Below are positions 62,972 to 64,000 of a stretch of 64,000 nucleotides of DNA, piece by piece (position 1 is the first letter of the stretch; each line of letters opens with the position of its first letter). Below the pieces are notes generated by a model. It saw only the letters and a list, made by a program, of their open reading frames with translations, was not told where the DNA came from and made no database searches. Location: contig JAFTQJ010000017.1 of assembly GCA_017462785.1 (NCBI GenBank), forward strand, positions 2,064-66,063, read 5' to 3'. The position numbers were made by a program, and so were the translations under genes. The DNA is from Oscillospiraceae bacterium (GTDB lineage: Bacteria; Bacillota; Clostridia; Oscillospirales; Ruminococcaceae).

Positions 62972-64000
62972 ACGTAATCTGACCATGCTCGTGGATTTCT
63001 ATGAGCTGACCATGGGTAACGGTTTTCTGGAAAACGGCAGAGGTGAGGAAATCGCCTACTTTGACATGTTCTACCGCAAAGCTCCGGACAATGCGGCGTA
63101 TGCGATCGCCGCAGGACTCCAGCAGGTCATTGACTATATCAAGGCTCTGCACTTCACGGAGGAGGACATCACCTACCTGAGAAGCAGAAATCTGTTCAGT
63201 GAAAAATTCCTGAGCTATCTGCGAAATTTCAGATTCACCTGTGATGTATGGGCGGTGCCGGAGGGAACGCCGGTATTCCCCCACGAGCCTCTGCTGACGG
63301 TGCGTGGCCCTGCAATTCAGGCACAGCTCATTGAAACTATGGTGCTCCTGAGCATCAATCACCAGAGCCTGATCGCAACCAAGGCAAACCGCATTGTGAC
63401 TGCGGCACAGGGCAGACCGGTCATGGAATTCGGCTCTCGCCGTGCACAGGGCTATGACGGTGCGGTCTACGGTGCAAGAGCCGCCTACATCGGCGGATGT
63501 GCGGGCACGGCATGTGCGATTGCGGATACGGCATTTTCCATTCCGGCACTCGGCACGATGGCTCACAGCTGGGTGCAGCTCTATGACACGGAGCTGGAGG
63601 CTTTCGAGGCATATGCAAGGGTGTATCCGGACGACTGCACACTCCTCGTGGATACCTACAATGTCCTGAAATCCGGCATTCCGAATGCGATCAAGGTGTT
63701 CAAGAAGCTGGAGGAGCAGGGACACAGGGGCAGGGGTGTCCGCATTGACAGCGGCGACATTGCATATCTCTCCAAGCGTGCGAGGGAAATGTTCGACGCA
63801 GCAGGACTGCCCTATATTCAGATCGTGGCTTCCAATTCTCTGGATGAGTACATCATCCGTGAGCTGATCGCACAGGATGCGAAAATCGACAGCTTCGGTG
63901 TGGGCGAGCGTCTGGTGACATCCCGTTCTGAGCCGGTATTCGGCGGTGTCTACAAGCTGGCGGCGGTCGAAGAGAACGGCGAGATCATCCCGAAGATCAA
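62961..64000 (+). CDS. pncB: nicotinate phosphoribosyltransferase (partial; 3' end beyond the window)
   Basis: My translation from ATG 62961 (after GGAGG) gives MMTERNLTMLVDFYELTMGNGFLENG...MEFGSRRAQGYDGAVYGARAAYIGG...GTMAHSWVQ...RIDSGD. This is typical NAPRTase. The ORF is still open at the window end, so it is absent from the track. Confidence 0.85.
   Translation, partial: MMTERNLTMLVDFYELTMGNGFLENGRGEEIAYFDMFYRKAPDNAAYAIAAGLQQVIDYIKALHFTEEDITYLRSRNLFSEKFLSYLRNFRFTCDVWAVPEGTPVFPHEPLLTVRGPAIQAQLIETMVLLSINHQSLIATKANRIVTAAQGRPVMEFGSRRAQGYDGAVYGARAAYIGGCAGTACAIADTAFSIPALGTMAHSWVQLYDTELEAFEAYARVYPDDCTLLVDTYNVLKSGIPNAIKVFKKLEEQGHRGRGVRIDSGDIAYLSKRAREMFDAAGLPYIQIVASNSLDEYIIRELIAQDAKIDSFGVGERLVTSRSEPVFGGVYKLAAVEENGEIIPKI

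Noticed and set aside
1-64000. Scanned for CRISPR arrays, IS elements/transposases, integrases, prophage genes, rRNA and toxin-antitoxin pairs.
   Set aside because: I saw no regularly spaced direct repeats, no DDE/tyrosine/serine recombinase-like ORFs and no rRNA-like sequence. The only accessory-looking segments are the two AT-rich patches reported as findings.

Overview
This is a chromosomal window from a GC-rich Firmicute. GC looks mid-50s % by eye (not computed). The gene set suggests Clostridia of the Oscillospiraceae/Ruminococcaceae type: split transketolase, DivIVA/SepF/YlmH/YggS, a SigH-like sigma factor, and a dockerin-type repeat on a secreted esterase. I support about 59 protein genes and 2 tRNA-Ser genes. 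There is no rRNA, CRISPR array, transposase, integrase or phage gene.

Gene content, left to right:
- a partial GH43 gene, a GNAT gene and glyQS
- DUF3841 and YwqG-like genes, a PRTase-like gene and a rhomboid gene
- tandem tRNA-Ser, then recJ-relA, ugd and a Na/Pi transporter
- an M20 amidohydrolase and a CE2-type esterase
- a long minus-strand core block: tktAB, HAD, rluD, lspA, divIVA, ylmH, sepF, yggS, hfq, miaA, mutL, mutS, ylbF-like, miaB, rqcH, rlmA, nif3, trmK
- a sigma factor and a fumarase beta subunit
- the dcw cluster: mraZ-rsmH-ftsL-pbp-murE-murF-mraY-like-ftsW-murG-murA-ftsQ-ftsZ
- on the plus strand: a GT-C glycosyltransferase, an AT-rich island, then pduL, pncA and partial pncB

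Many intergenic regions carry textbook sigma-70 promoters. At least five are perfect TTGACA-17-TATAAT. Clean intrinsic terminators are also common.

Most noteworthy:
1. An AT-rich single-gene island (59.9-61.5 kb) encodes a 448-aa protein with two Rx4H HEPN-type motifs. It is a candidate stand-alone defence or abortive-infection RNase.
2. The ORF in the mraY slot of the dcw cluster has lost the residues I recall as catalytic in MraY. murD, murC and ftsA are absent from the cluster.
3. A predicted MraZ operator (four GTGGT boxes at 10-11 bp phasing) lies within a complex 725-bp control region.
4. A family of GC-rich double-hairpin intergenic repeats has three copies.
5. A hairpin-rich leader lies between ftsL and the PBP gene.

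All family assignments rest on motif recognition from the translations. No database search was possible.
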